47,201 nt of DNA from an uncultured Verrucomicrobiales bacterium. GTDB taxonomy: Bacteria > Verrucomicrobiota > Verrucomicrobiia > Limisphaerales > JAYPXF01. Below the pieces are notes generated by a model. The model was not told where the DNA came from, ran no database searches, and saw nothing but the letters and a program-made list of their open reading frames with translations. Position numbers and translations under genes: made by a program. Numbering within the stretch: the stretch's first letter is position 1; the number at the start of each line of letters is the position of its first letter. Where the stretch lies: contig CALBIE010000591.1 in assembly GCA_937893495.1 (NCBI GenBank), positions 1 through 47,201 of the forward strand, in the 5' to 3' direction. Below are positions 17,948 to 25,911 of this stretch, in pieces.

Positions 17948-17961
17948 TAAGGCATAGCTTT

Positions 17962-18385
17962 GTTAGGCCGCAGTCGTGTCGCTGTGTAGCAGCCCTGAAT
18001 ACGTCCCGTCTTCAATGCGAGCTACGACATCGCGGATGGGCTGTGACGAAATGAAACATGCTGTCTGCGTCCGAACCTCGTCAGTCCGGTGGCGATAAAC
18101 TGCGAGTAGTCCCTCGACGCCAGAGTGGCCAGAGGCCGATAGCCCGAGCAGTGCATACAACTGGCCCGGCAAAGTGGCGCGTTCCAACAACTCACACAAA
18201 GTACCTGTCGCTCGCTCAGACAATAGAAGCGTGAGAGCGCGCTGGGCTGATGAATTCCGCGCCGACGCCCCGATGAGACCTACGGCGAACACGTCAGCAC
18301 GCAGCAAGGTCAGGTAAGCGCGTCCACTCGCTGTGGTCATCTTCGAGATTGTGTCGAGGAGTGGCATGGTGTGTGGTGCGGCCTA
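17962..18385 (-). mobile_element. Orphan integron gene-cassette-like remnant
   Basis: ORF stop lies in GCCTAAC (RYYYAAC); 9-bp inverted repeat TAGGCCGCA/TGCGGCCTA at 17964-17972 and 18377-18385. Confidence 0.55.
17963..18367 (-). CDS. Hypothetical protein (134 aa), cassette cargo
   Basis: Protein-like helical sequence (GQLYALLGL) that fills the cassette-like boundaries. Confidence 0.65.
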   Translation of the reverse strand: MPLLDTISKMTTASGRAYLTLLRADVFAVGLIGASARNSSAQRALTLLLSERATGTLCELLERATLPGQLYALLGLSASGHSGVEGLLAVYRHRTDEVRTQTACFISSQPIRDVVARIEDGTYSGLLHSDTTAA

Positions 18386-18393
18386 TATTCTTA

Positions 18394-18487
18394 GGCCAAA
18401 CTTAGTTTGGCCCAGCATGGCAAGCATTGGCCCTTGGCATTGTATTTTAGCCAGTGAATACAGGCTTTTCATTTGCTTGGCATGCTG
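18394..18487. repeat. Inverted repeats / hairpins
   Basis: GGCCAAAC-tta-GTTTGGCC (18394-18412); CAGCATGGCAAGCA...TGCTTGGCATGCTG (13/14 complementary). Confidence 0.55.
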
Positions 18488-18498
18488 TCAAGTCCAGC

Positions 18499-18708
18499 CT
18501 AACCGTCATCCCGTCGCTCTTTGCGACCTGACCTGAACAGGCTTATCGCACCCGTGGCACTGGAGATGCACGCGATGATGTATCCGATGAGCCAACCGGT
18601 GTGGATGGGGCTGCCCTTCGTCGGTTCGAGACTCGCCATCGCCCCGAACACGCAAAACAATGCAAAGAGAGTCAGGAGGATTCCTCCGATTATTCGGATT
18701 GGTTTCAT
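18499..18708 (-). CDS. Small 2-TM membrane protein (69 aa)
   Basis: MKPIRIIGGILLTLFALFCVFG...WLIGYIIACISSATGAISLF with a basic tail. Confidence 0.65.
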   Translation of the reverse strand: MKPIRIIGGILLTLFALFCVFGAMASLEPTKGSPIHTGWLIGYIIACISSATGAISLFRSGRKERRDDG

Positions 18709-18764
18709 GCTGTCGATTATCTTGCGGCGGATCGCAATCCTCTGACATGGCCAGGCGGCCTTGT

Positions 18765-20942
18765 TCAGTTCTTTAGTAACCAATCGACTGCCTGCTGCGG
18801 ATTTGCTTTGCCGCCTTTTTCGATGGAGATGGATTTTTGCGCGTTTGCTGATTTGTAAATCTTCGTGACGAGCGCGAGGTCGCTGGCGGTTTCGCCAAAG
18901 ACATGTGTGCTGGCGGGCGCGTTGAGCGCGAGCAGGCCGGGCGTGTCGCCATACTTTGCCGCTCCCGGAATGAAAAAGGGATCGTGGAAATCCTTGAGTG
19001 CCAGAAAGCGAAAGCCGGCGGTGTTGCAGGCGAGATGCTTGACTTCGTCGCGACAAAACGCGCGTGCGGCGGCGGCAATGACGCCAGTCTGATCCAGCGC
19101 GACGAGATCAAGTTGACGGTTCTGGTGGCGTGGATAAGTGGTGATGAACTTGACGAGCGTCATCACGTCGTGGACGCGCCGAGCGAAGAGTGTGGTGTTG
19201 TAACCGAAAGTGAATCCGGCGAATTCGCGTGGGTTGGCCACCTTGCGGGTTTTTTCGGACGCCTTTCCATCCTTGAGAAACTCACCTTGATCCAACAAAT
19301 CGACACCCACGACGGTGATATTTTCATCGAGCAGCTTCTGCACACCTGTCTGCGGTTTTCCATTCGCATCAAACAAGCCGTCCTTACCCTGTTCGCTGAG
19401 CCAGACGACGGTACGGCCGGACCAGTTCTTCGGGTAGAGCCAGGTCACCGGCAATTCCTCGTGTTGCGTCGTGTTGCGGACCAGGCCGATCATTTCGAGA
19501 TAACCACCGCAGTCGTGTTTGGATTTCAGGTCCCATTCCGTTTCGCCGGTTTCGGCGTAGGTGCGACCGAGCGCGACTTCCCATCCGGTCCCATAGACGT
19601 CGCGAAGTTTCCCGACTGATTGCTGGGCGGGTTTCAGTTGTTTCGCAATGTCCCGAGTCAGGCTGGCAACCAGCTTTCGTTCGAATTCGTCACCTCCCTT
19701 GGGCTGAGGATGTTCATCGTTCCACACCGTCATTTCGGCCTTGGGCCGGAAGTGGAAATCTTCTTCCACAATGGGATCCTTGAAGCCGAGTTTAAAATGG
19801 CGGTTGATCCACGAATACATCTGAGCACGGGTGACGTAGTTGTAGTTGTGCTTGAAATGCTCGCCGCGAATGAGGCGGACGTTGTCCTTCTTGCCCATGA
19901 CGCCGTAGAGCTTCTGGATATCGGGGAAGCCTTTGGTTGCCAATTCCCGCGTCCAGTCGTCGGCGCAGTTCATAATCTGCGGCTTGGGTGCGAAAAGCGC
20001 GGCGAACTCGATGTTACCGGTGGCGACGCGCAGCAGGCTCGAGTTTTCACAGGTGCAACCGCCTTGCATGGATGTCGAGACCATCACCATCGGCATGCTG
20101 AGAGCAACGCGATCATCCACTGCGGCAAGTAACATGGTCTGCGTGCCTCCGCCGCTCGCGCCCGTTACCGCGATGCGCCTGGAATCCACCTCGGGCAACG
20201 AAAGCAGAAAATCGAGCGCGCGCATATTGTTCCAGGTCTGCAGGCCCATGACGTTCTGTAAATGTGACTCGGCCGGTGGGCTGAAGAATCCCCAATCTGC
20301 CGGCGTATTCATCTCGGGTCGTTGCTTGGCGAAGCGATGCACGAGTTCATAGCTGAGCTGTCCGCTATCCGCGTAACCAATCATGTCGATGGCAAACGCG
20401 ACGCAACCCATGCGCGCCAGTTGCACGCAGCGCGCCTGGATGTGGTTGCGTCCGCCGTCTTCGAATCGTTCGGCGCCAATGGTGATATCCTGTCGGACGC
20501 GTGCCTGATGATCGTAATAGCGACCATCCTTCCAGTGACCATGCGGACAAAGCACGGCGGGGACTTTTCCAGATCTGCCTTTCGGCCGATAAAGGCTGCC
20601 GGTCACGTAGAATCCGGGCACACTCTCGAAGTACACCTTTTCAATCGTGAATTCCTTTTCCTCAACCTTGCCGTGCAGAACGGGATTGAGAGGAGTGCGG
20701 GTCGGTAGTGGCCAGAGCCCCTGGGAGACGAGGATTCGCTTTTTCACCTGGGCGGCCCGTTCCTGCCATACGCCCTTCGAGGTGGGTGGTGTAAATGGAA
20801 AATAGCCGTTCAAGTCCTTGAGCGGTTGAATGCGGGCGTCGTCAGGAATAGCGCCGGCGGGCAAGGCTCGTTCGGCCGCGAAGGCCGGGGTGCCGGGCAT
20901 GACTGAAACGGATGCGAGAAGGATGAGCGTTCGGAGCTTCAT
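18765..20942 (-). CDS. Secreted alpha/beta-hydrolase, acetyl xylan esterase-like
   Basis: Signal peptide; IEKVYFES, PAVLCPHGHW, nucleophile elbow TGASGGGTQT, GGCTCEN, HNYN; second hydrolase-like half. Confidence 0.85.
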   Translation of the reverse strand: MKLRTLILLASVSVMPGTPAFAAERALPAGAIPDDARIQPLKDLNGYFPFTPPTSKGVWQERAAQVKKRILVSQGLWPLPTRTPLNPVLHGKVEEKEFTIEKVYFESVPGFYVTGSLYRPKGRSGKVPAVLCPHGHWKDGRYYDHQARVRQDITIGAERFEDGGRNHIQARCVQLARMGCVAFAIDMIGYADSGQLSYELVHRFAKQRPEMNTPADWGFFSPPAESHLQNVMGLQTWNNMRALDFLLSLPEVDSRRIAVTGASGGGTQTMLLAAVDDRVALSMPMVMVSTSMQGGCTCENSSLLRVATGNIEFAALFAPKPQIMNCADDWTRELATKGFPDIQKLYGVMGKKDNVRLIRGEHFKHNYNYVTRAQMYSWINRHFKLGFKDPIVEEDFHFRPKAEMTVWNDEHPQPKGGDEFERKLVASLTRDIAKQLKPAQQSVGKLRDVYGTGWEVALGRTYAETGETEWDLKSKHDCGGYLEMIGLVRNTTQHEELPVTWLYPKNWSGRTVVWLSEQGKDGLFDANGKPQTGVQKLLDENITVVGVDLLDQGEFLKDGKASEKTRKVANPREFAGFTFGYNTTLFARRVHDVMTLVKFITTYPRHQNRQLDLVALDQTGVIAAAARAFCRDEVKHLACNTAGFRFLALKDFHDPFFIPGAAKYGDTPGLLALNAPASTHVFGETASDLALVTKIYKSANAQKSISIEKGGKANPQQAVDWLLKN

Positions 20943-21152
20943 AAGGGTTTTACAAGGGATATCGTACGGGACCATAAAAGGGGCAGGCGCAAAGTGAAAG
21001 GCTTTTTGAGTTGTGAATTCAGACCCAAGCGTTTAAACCAGACGCGTTAATGCGCGTTCGGTGCTGTCGGTGGCGAAAATTTGTCTCGCCGGGCGAGATT
21101 GGTATGGGCACGGATTGACCGACGGCACAGCCTGGGCAAACCATCAAATCAA

Positions 21153-21437
21153 ATGACGGATTTATTAAACAATTTCAGTGTCGATGCCATCAAGCTGAAC
21201 TGGCAAACGATCACGTGTGCCATCATTTTGTGGTTTACCACTTTGTACTGCGGGATCTGGAGTATCAACCAACAGCCGTTCAATCGTCGCGAGCGGATGT
21301 TCTGGACTGTGATTGTCATCGCGATACCGCTGTTTGGTCTGCTCGGCTACCTGCCCAAGGCCTGGTACAACTCAGCGACGGGTGCCCTGTCCTTCTGGAA
21401 GAAACCCAAGAAACAAAAAAAGTTTTACGGCTACTGA
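21153..21437 (+). CDS. PLDc_N-like small 2-TM protein
   Basis: RMFWTVIVIAIPLFGLLGYL resembles the PLDc N-terminal motif; basic C-terminal tail. Confidence 0.7.
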   Translation: MTDLLNNFSVDAIKLNWQTITCAIILWFTTLYCGIWSINQQPFNRRERMFWTVIVIAIPLFGLLGYLPKAWYNSATGALSFWKKPKKQKKFYGY

Positions 21438-21635
21438 TTCGCGATGGGATCGGATGCTGGCATCTACCCGGCCGGGGATGCCGCGAGCAGGCAATACGCT
21501 GGATGATTCGACCGTGAACGACGTGGATCAGGTTGCTGTGAAAGAGACAGCTGGCATCAAACGGGCGAACCGCCCCGACCGAAGACTCTCAGGCCATCGG
21601 GTGGCCGGGAGACTTACTGATCAAGGACTTGCGGC

Positions 21636-23321
21636 ATGAGGAGGATTCAGCGGCGACTCAAATGGATAGGACTGGTGGCGGCCATTTGTCTGGTGGGTTT
21701 CACAGCGCGGTCGCAGGTGGGATCGGGTGTGACGCAGGGGGGGATTCCAATCACGACCCAGATACGCGTGGGTCCCAGCTATCGCATCTGGAATGCCGAC
21801 AACTCGATTCGCACGCAGCCTCAGGGCGATCCGCTCGGTGGTGCCGGCACTACTGATTCCAGCCTCGTCAAGGACGCTGATGCGGTGCAGGACAAAATTT
21901 TCCGCACATTGAGCGAAGGCTGGTTGCGCACTCCGAAGATTGGTGGGACACAAGGGTCGCTCCATACCACGGCTCCTCTGTTCAAAAACGCGAATTTTTC
22001 CCTGCTTACGTGGGAAGACAAGCCGGAGGACGCCGAATTGAAGATCGGTCGCTTGTATCTGGATTTGCTGGCGATTTCCGGGACTGTACTTTACAGCGAT
22101 AATGTTTTTCAGGTGGAGAAGGGTACCGATGGGGAAGCCTTTGCCATCATGACTCTACGAGGAGCGATTATTTTTCAGTTTTCGGAGACGATGCGTCTGG
22201 CCGCGGGGGGCGCGTTCGGGTGGCTGCCATTTACCAATGAGATCGGCTTTCAGGACCCGGTGGCGGCGTACTCGGCTGACGTGGCACCGGCCTTCACCAC
22301 ACGATTCAACTACGATATTCCGTTCGGCAAGAACTCGACATTGTTTATTTTTGACAGCTTCGACATTGCTTCCTCGGGCATTGGTGGGGGAGAGACGTTT
22401 GATCTGCTTAACCGCGATGTGTCCGATCTTGAAGATACCGAGGGGAACCACGGGTTCCGTTTTTTTCAGTCAACAGACCGGCAGCGCCGGACGACCAAAC
22501 AGAATTTCACTTACTTCAATACGGTTGGCGTCTCGTTCACCTCGCTGCTGCCAACCGTCACAAGACTGACGACCGGATACACCCACAATAATGTCTGGTT
22601 TGACGATGCCGTGGACGGCCAACCCTCGTCCTTCGATACGATTGGGATCAACTTCGCCTCCGAACGTGAGAATATGCGTTTCAAGCCCTCGCTTGGTTAC
22701 ACGGCGACCCATATCAACAACAAGTTTGGATTCGATCAGTCATTGTCTATCGGTGTTCGTGGACCGATTACTGATAGAATGGAATTCCTCGGTCGCTGGG
22801 GACTGACCTGGTTTGGCGATCGAAATGACAAATCGTTGCTGTGGTCATTCGGGATTGCGCATCAACCCCGTGAAAGCACGCGCTACCAGTTGACGTGGGA
22901 TCGCACGACGGCATTCCCGGCGGCGGAATTTGCGACCTCGATTCGATTTCAGATTCAACAGATTTTGAGCCCGGTTCTGACCGTTGATGCGGTGTATGCG
23001 CAAACGGATTTTGAACCTCTCGACAATCCGAACACTTTTTTTGGCTCCAAGCTGGATGTCGCCGCGGGTAACCTGAATATCGTGCTGGGTGACCGGGTTA
23101 CCTGTCAGATGGGTTACGCGTGGACTCACGACATTCAACGTGGCCCGGCGCCGCGCCCGGCGATCGACACCCATACCGTAAAGATGGACCTGGTAGTGCG
23201 CCATACGACTATTACCGATTCGCGGATTGGGTATCGGTTCAATCGGCGTGAGTCCAATCGCCTGCTCGACAGTTTTGACGAGAACGTCGTCTTTTACACG
23301 CTCACTCGGCAGTTCCCCTGA
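21636..23321 (+). CDS. Exopolysaccharide-associated outer-membrane beta-barrel protein
   Basis: Signal peptide, alternating amphipathic strands, beta-signal-like end FDENVVFYTLTRQFP; directly upstream of OPX and Wzc. Confidence 0.75.
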   Translation: MRRIQRRLKWIGLVAAICLVGFTARSQVGSGVTQGGIPITTQIRVGPSYRIWNADNSIRTQPQGDPLGGAGTTDSSLVKDADAVQDKIFRTLSEGWLRTPKIGGTQGSLHTTAPLFKNANFSLLTWEDKPEDAELKIGRLYLDLLAISGTVLYSDNVFQVEKGTDGEAFAIMTLRGAIIFQFSETMRLAAGGAFGWLPFTNEIGFQDPVAAYSADVAPAFTTRFNYDIPFGKNSTLFIFDSFDIASSGIGGGETFDLLNRDVSDLEDTEGNHGFRFFQSTDRQRRTTKQNFTYFNTVGVSFTSLLPTVTRLTTGYTHNNVWFDDAVDGQPSSFDTIGINFASERENMRFKPSLGYTATHINNKFGFDQSLSIGVRGPITDRMEFLGRWGLTWFGDRNDKSLLWSFGIAHQPRESTRYQLTWDRTTAFPAAEFATSIRFQIQQILSPVLTVDAVYAQTDFEPLDNPNTFFGSKLDVAAGNLNIVLGDRVTCQMGYAWTHDIQRGPAPRPAIDTHTVKMDLVVRHTTITDSRIGYRFNRRESNRLLDSFDENVVFYTLTRQFP

Positions 23322-23629
23322 TGCATGGAACCTTTTGGGCCTATTGTCAAAGTGGTGTCGGTCTTGACCAATGCAAGGCTTGTTCAGCAGGCTGAGAATC
23401 AGGTCCTGTCGAGTGACGCTTGTTGCCATTCGAATATCGGCCGCGTCCGGGTGGCCGGGCGTACAAATCGCCTTCTACTGTGAAAGTCGGCGGTAAATGG
23501 GCGCGGATCTGATTGATTATCAGATGGTTCGGAAAAAAATGTTTTTGCCTAATGCACAGGATCTGTGGCATGAACAAGCGTCCGGACCGGGTCATCCTGT
23601 CTCCGGGCGGCTCGTTTGATTACAATTCA

Positions 23630-25804
23630 GTGAAACACTGGGAAAAATCGTTGAACTTGTTTTTCGCCATCGCCGTGATGTTTGCGGCGATGTTTTTTTG
23701 TTGCACTGTCCGCGCAGACAGTGCCGCAGAGGCTCAGCTTGAAATCCTGACTCAGCGAAAATCGAGCTTGGAATCCGAAATGGAAACCACGCAAAGAGAG
23801 TTTAATCGGGCCCAGAAGCAGTATACCGACGCCCTGAAACAGGGAAATTCCACGGAGATTTCGCGCGCCAACGATGAGTGGACATCGTGGTATAACAAGC
23901 AGGTCGAAATTCAGGCCCAGATTAAATCAGTCGAGCGCCAGAGTGCCGATTTGCTGGGTAGCGGCAGGTTGCCTGCGCCTCCGGTGAACACTCCCGTAAC
24001 ACCGTCCATGGCGTTCGGGACAGATCAGGGGAGATATACCAGCACGAGCGAGCCGATTGGCGGTCGCACCCCTCCAGCAGTGATTCAACTACAAGCGGCT
24101 CAGGCCGAGTTGGCCGGACTGGAGGAATTCCGCTCCGCCGAGAGCATGATTGGGCGATATGGCGGTTCGTCTCTGGACAACTTGGGCAAGGCCGAAATGT
24201 CCTCCATCAAGCGCGAAATGACGCAGGCTGCCAGCGGAACTCTTCCATCGGGGGGCGCATTTACTTCCACTCCCAGTTCTGGTTTTTCGGCGAACCCGAA
24301 GGGGGTGACGGCAACGACGACCGCTTCCCCGCCGACGATTTCCGCGCCCATCGGTGTTTCTGCACCGGTGACGGTTTCCACCTCCGCGACGGTAATCGCT
24401 TCACCCTCCACGCCCCCAACTCCCGTGTATTCTTCCCGTCTGGAGGCCGAGACGGCCGCCGCCAAAAAATTTGAACCCGAGCCAACCGGCAGAGAGACGG
24501 GTTCGTCGGTGATTTCCTCTTCATTTCCGGGCGCGGCACCGATGGCCATGAATGTTGCCAGCCTCCCGCCGGAATTTGCCACCTCAGCTTCGACAACGGG
24601 GCCGCGATTACCTTCGGACACAGGCGGGCTCGGGTATACCGATTCGAAACGCGCTCCACCAATGACGGGCACTCAGAAAATGGACCTGGAGCGGTTGACT
24701 AACCGCAAGGAAATCCTGTTGAGCCAGTATGAAGAATCGCAACGGAAGTTTCAGTACAATACGCGCCAGATGCATGCGGCCGCTCGCGCAGGCTCGACCA
24801 CAGAATTGGCCAAGCTGGAAGAGGACGTCAGGAAGTATGGTGGGGAATATCAGTCGTTGTTGAGGGAGATTGCGGTCATCGATGGGAAAATAAACGAACT
24901 GTTGGAAGAAACCGGGCAACTGCCCGGTCGCCAGCAAGCTGTCGGGCCATACTCGGATGCTGACATAGTTGAAGACGACGGAAGCATTCGGCCCGGTGAT
25001 GGTTTGCAATTGATCGTCACGGAAGATCCGGACTTTAACGGCATTCATCAGGTCAAGGTCGGAGGGTACATCATGTTGCCGCGAATCGGGCGGGTATTTG
25101 TACGTGGGAAGCAGCCCATGGAAGCCGAGCAAATTATCAAGGATGTGCTGGAAAAGACCCAGTTACGGGTTGCGACCGTGACTGTGGAAAGAATTTCTAT
25201 GGCTCCGCGGCGGTCGCCAGACGGGATTGGTATCGATAGAGTCGGGCCGCCGCCTCCGGAACCAAAACTGATTATCTACCTCGCCGGCGAATTCATTACG
25301 CCCGGCCCGTTGGTCATTCCGGTTGGCTTCAAGCCCACGTTGATGACGACCATCATTCGTTCGGGCGGTATCACCCCTTCGGGCGATTTGACGCGCGTCA
25401 AGCTGTTGCGAATTGTCGAAGGACGCGGTGCAGTCGAGGAAATAAACGTCAGCGGAATCCTCTCGGGCCAGATTCCGCCCGCGGATATTGAATTGCAGGC
25501 CGGGGACATCATCGTGATTCCACCGTTCGCGCCGATTGTCTATGTCACTGGCAACGTGCTGAAACCGGGCACGCTGAGACTATTTCAGGACGAGACGCTT
25601 ACGGCCTACGCGGCGATTTTACGAGCGGGCGGATTCGCCCGGTTTGCCAATCTGAAGAAAGTGTATGTCGTGCGTGACCTTGGTAATGGTGAAAAGGTGA
25701 GAATGCCGGTCAATATTCGGGAAGTTCAACATGGGACGATGCCCGACGTCATGCTTCAGGGCAAAGATATCGTCGTTGTGCCGGAACGTTTTTTCAGTTT
25801 CTAG
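23630..25804 (+). CDS. Polysaccharide export protein (OPX/Wza-like: Poly_export + SLBB) with a long N-terminal extension
   Basis: IRPGDGLQLIV, GYIMLPRIGRV, IYLAGEF..PG, VYVTGNVLKPG, GDIIVIP, KDIVVVPE. Start uncertain (23513-23677). Confidence 0.85.
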   Translation: MKHWEKSLNLFFAIAVMFAAMFFCCTVRADSAAEAQLEILTQRKSSLESEMETTQREFNRAQKQYTDALKQGNSTEISRANDEWTSWYNKQVEIQAQIKSVERQSADLLGSGRLPAPPVNTPVTPSMAFGTDQGRYTSTSEPIGGRTPPAVIQLQAAQAELAGLEEFRSAESMIGRYGGSSLDNLGKAEMSSIKREMTQAASGTLPSGGAFTSTPSSGFSANPKGVTATTTASPPTISAPIGVSAPVTVSTSATVIASPSTPPTPVYSSRLEAETAAAKKFEPEPTGRETGSSVISSSFPGAAPMAMNVASLPPEFATSASTTGPRLPSDTGGLGYTDSKRAPPMTGTQKMDLERLTNRKEILLSQYEESQRKFQYNTRQMHAAARAGSTTELAKLEEDVRKYGGEYQSLLREIAVIDGKINELLEETGQLPGRQQAVGPYSDADIVEDDGSIRPGDGLQLIVTEDPDFNGIHQVKVGGYIMLPRIGRVFVRGKQPMEAEQIIKDVLEKTQLRVATVTVERISMAPRRSPDGIGIDRVGPPPPEPKLIIYLAGEFITPGPLVIPVGFKPTLMTTIIRSGGITPSGDLTRVKLLRIVEGRGAVEEINVSGILSGQIPPADIELQAGDIIVIPPFAPIVYVTGNVLKPGTLRLFQDETLTAYAAILRAGGFARFANLKKVYVVRDLGNGEKVRMPVNIREVQHGTMPDVMLQGKDIVVVPERFFSF

Positions 25805-25911
25805 CGTGTGATGTTTCTTTACCCGAAGCGCGGTGGAATTTGCGGTGTTGAATGGGTCGGCTGCACGCTGTTGAAGAACAGGCCTCGCGTCTGTCGCAGA
25901 ATTAGTCGCTT

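Noticed and set aside
17700-18500. CRISPR array or intact integron
   Set aside because: No regularly spaced direct repeats, no cas or intI gene, no complete attC.
18499-19056. 185-aa version of the small membrane ORF
   Set aside because: The extension overlaps the esterase gene; ATG 18708 gives a clean 69-aa protein.
21540-21600. Intact glycine riboswitch
   Set aside because: GAAG runs straight into ACTCTCAGG with no P3 arm, P2 does not pair, and the downstream gene is unrelated to glycine.
23489-23500. ops/JUMPstart element (GGCGGTAA)
   Set aside because: Only a partial match to GGCGGTAG with no JUMPstart context; expected by chance in GC-rich DNA.
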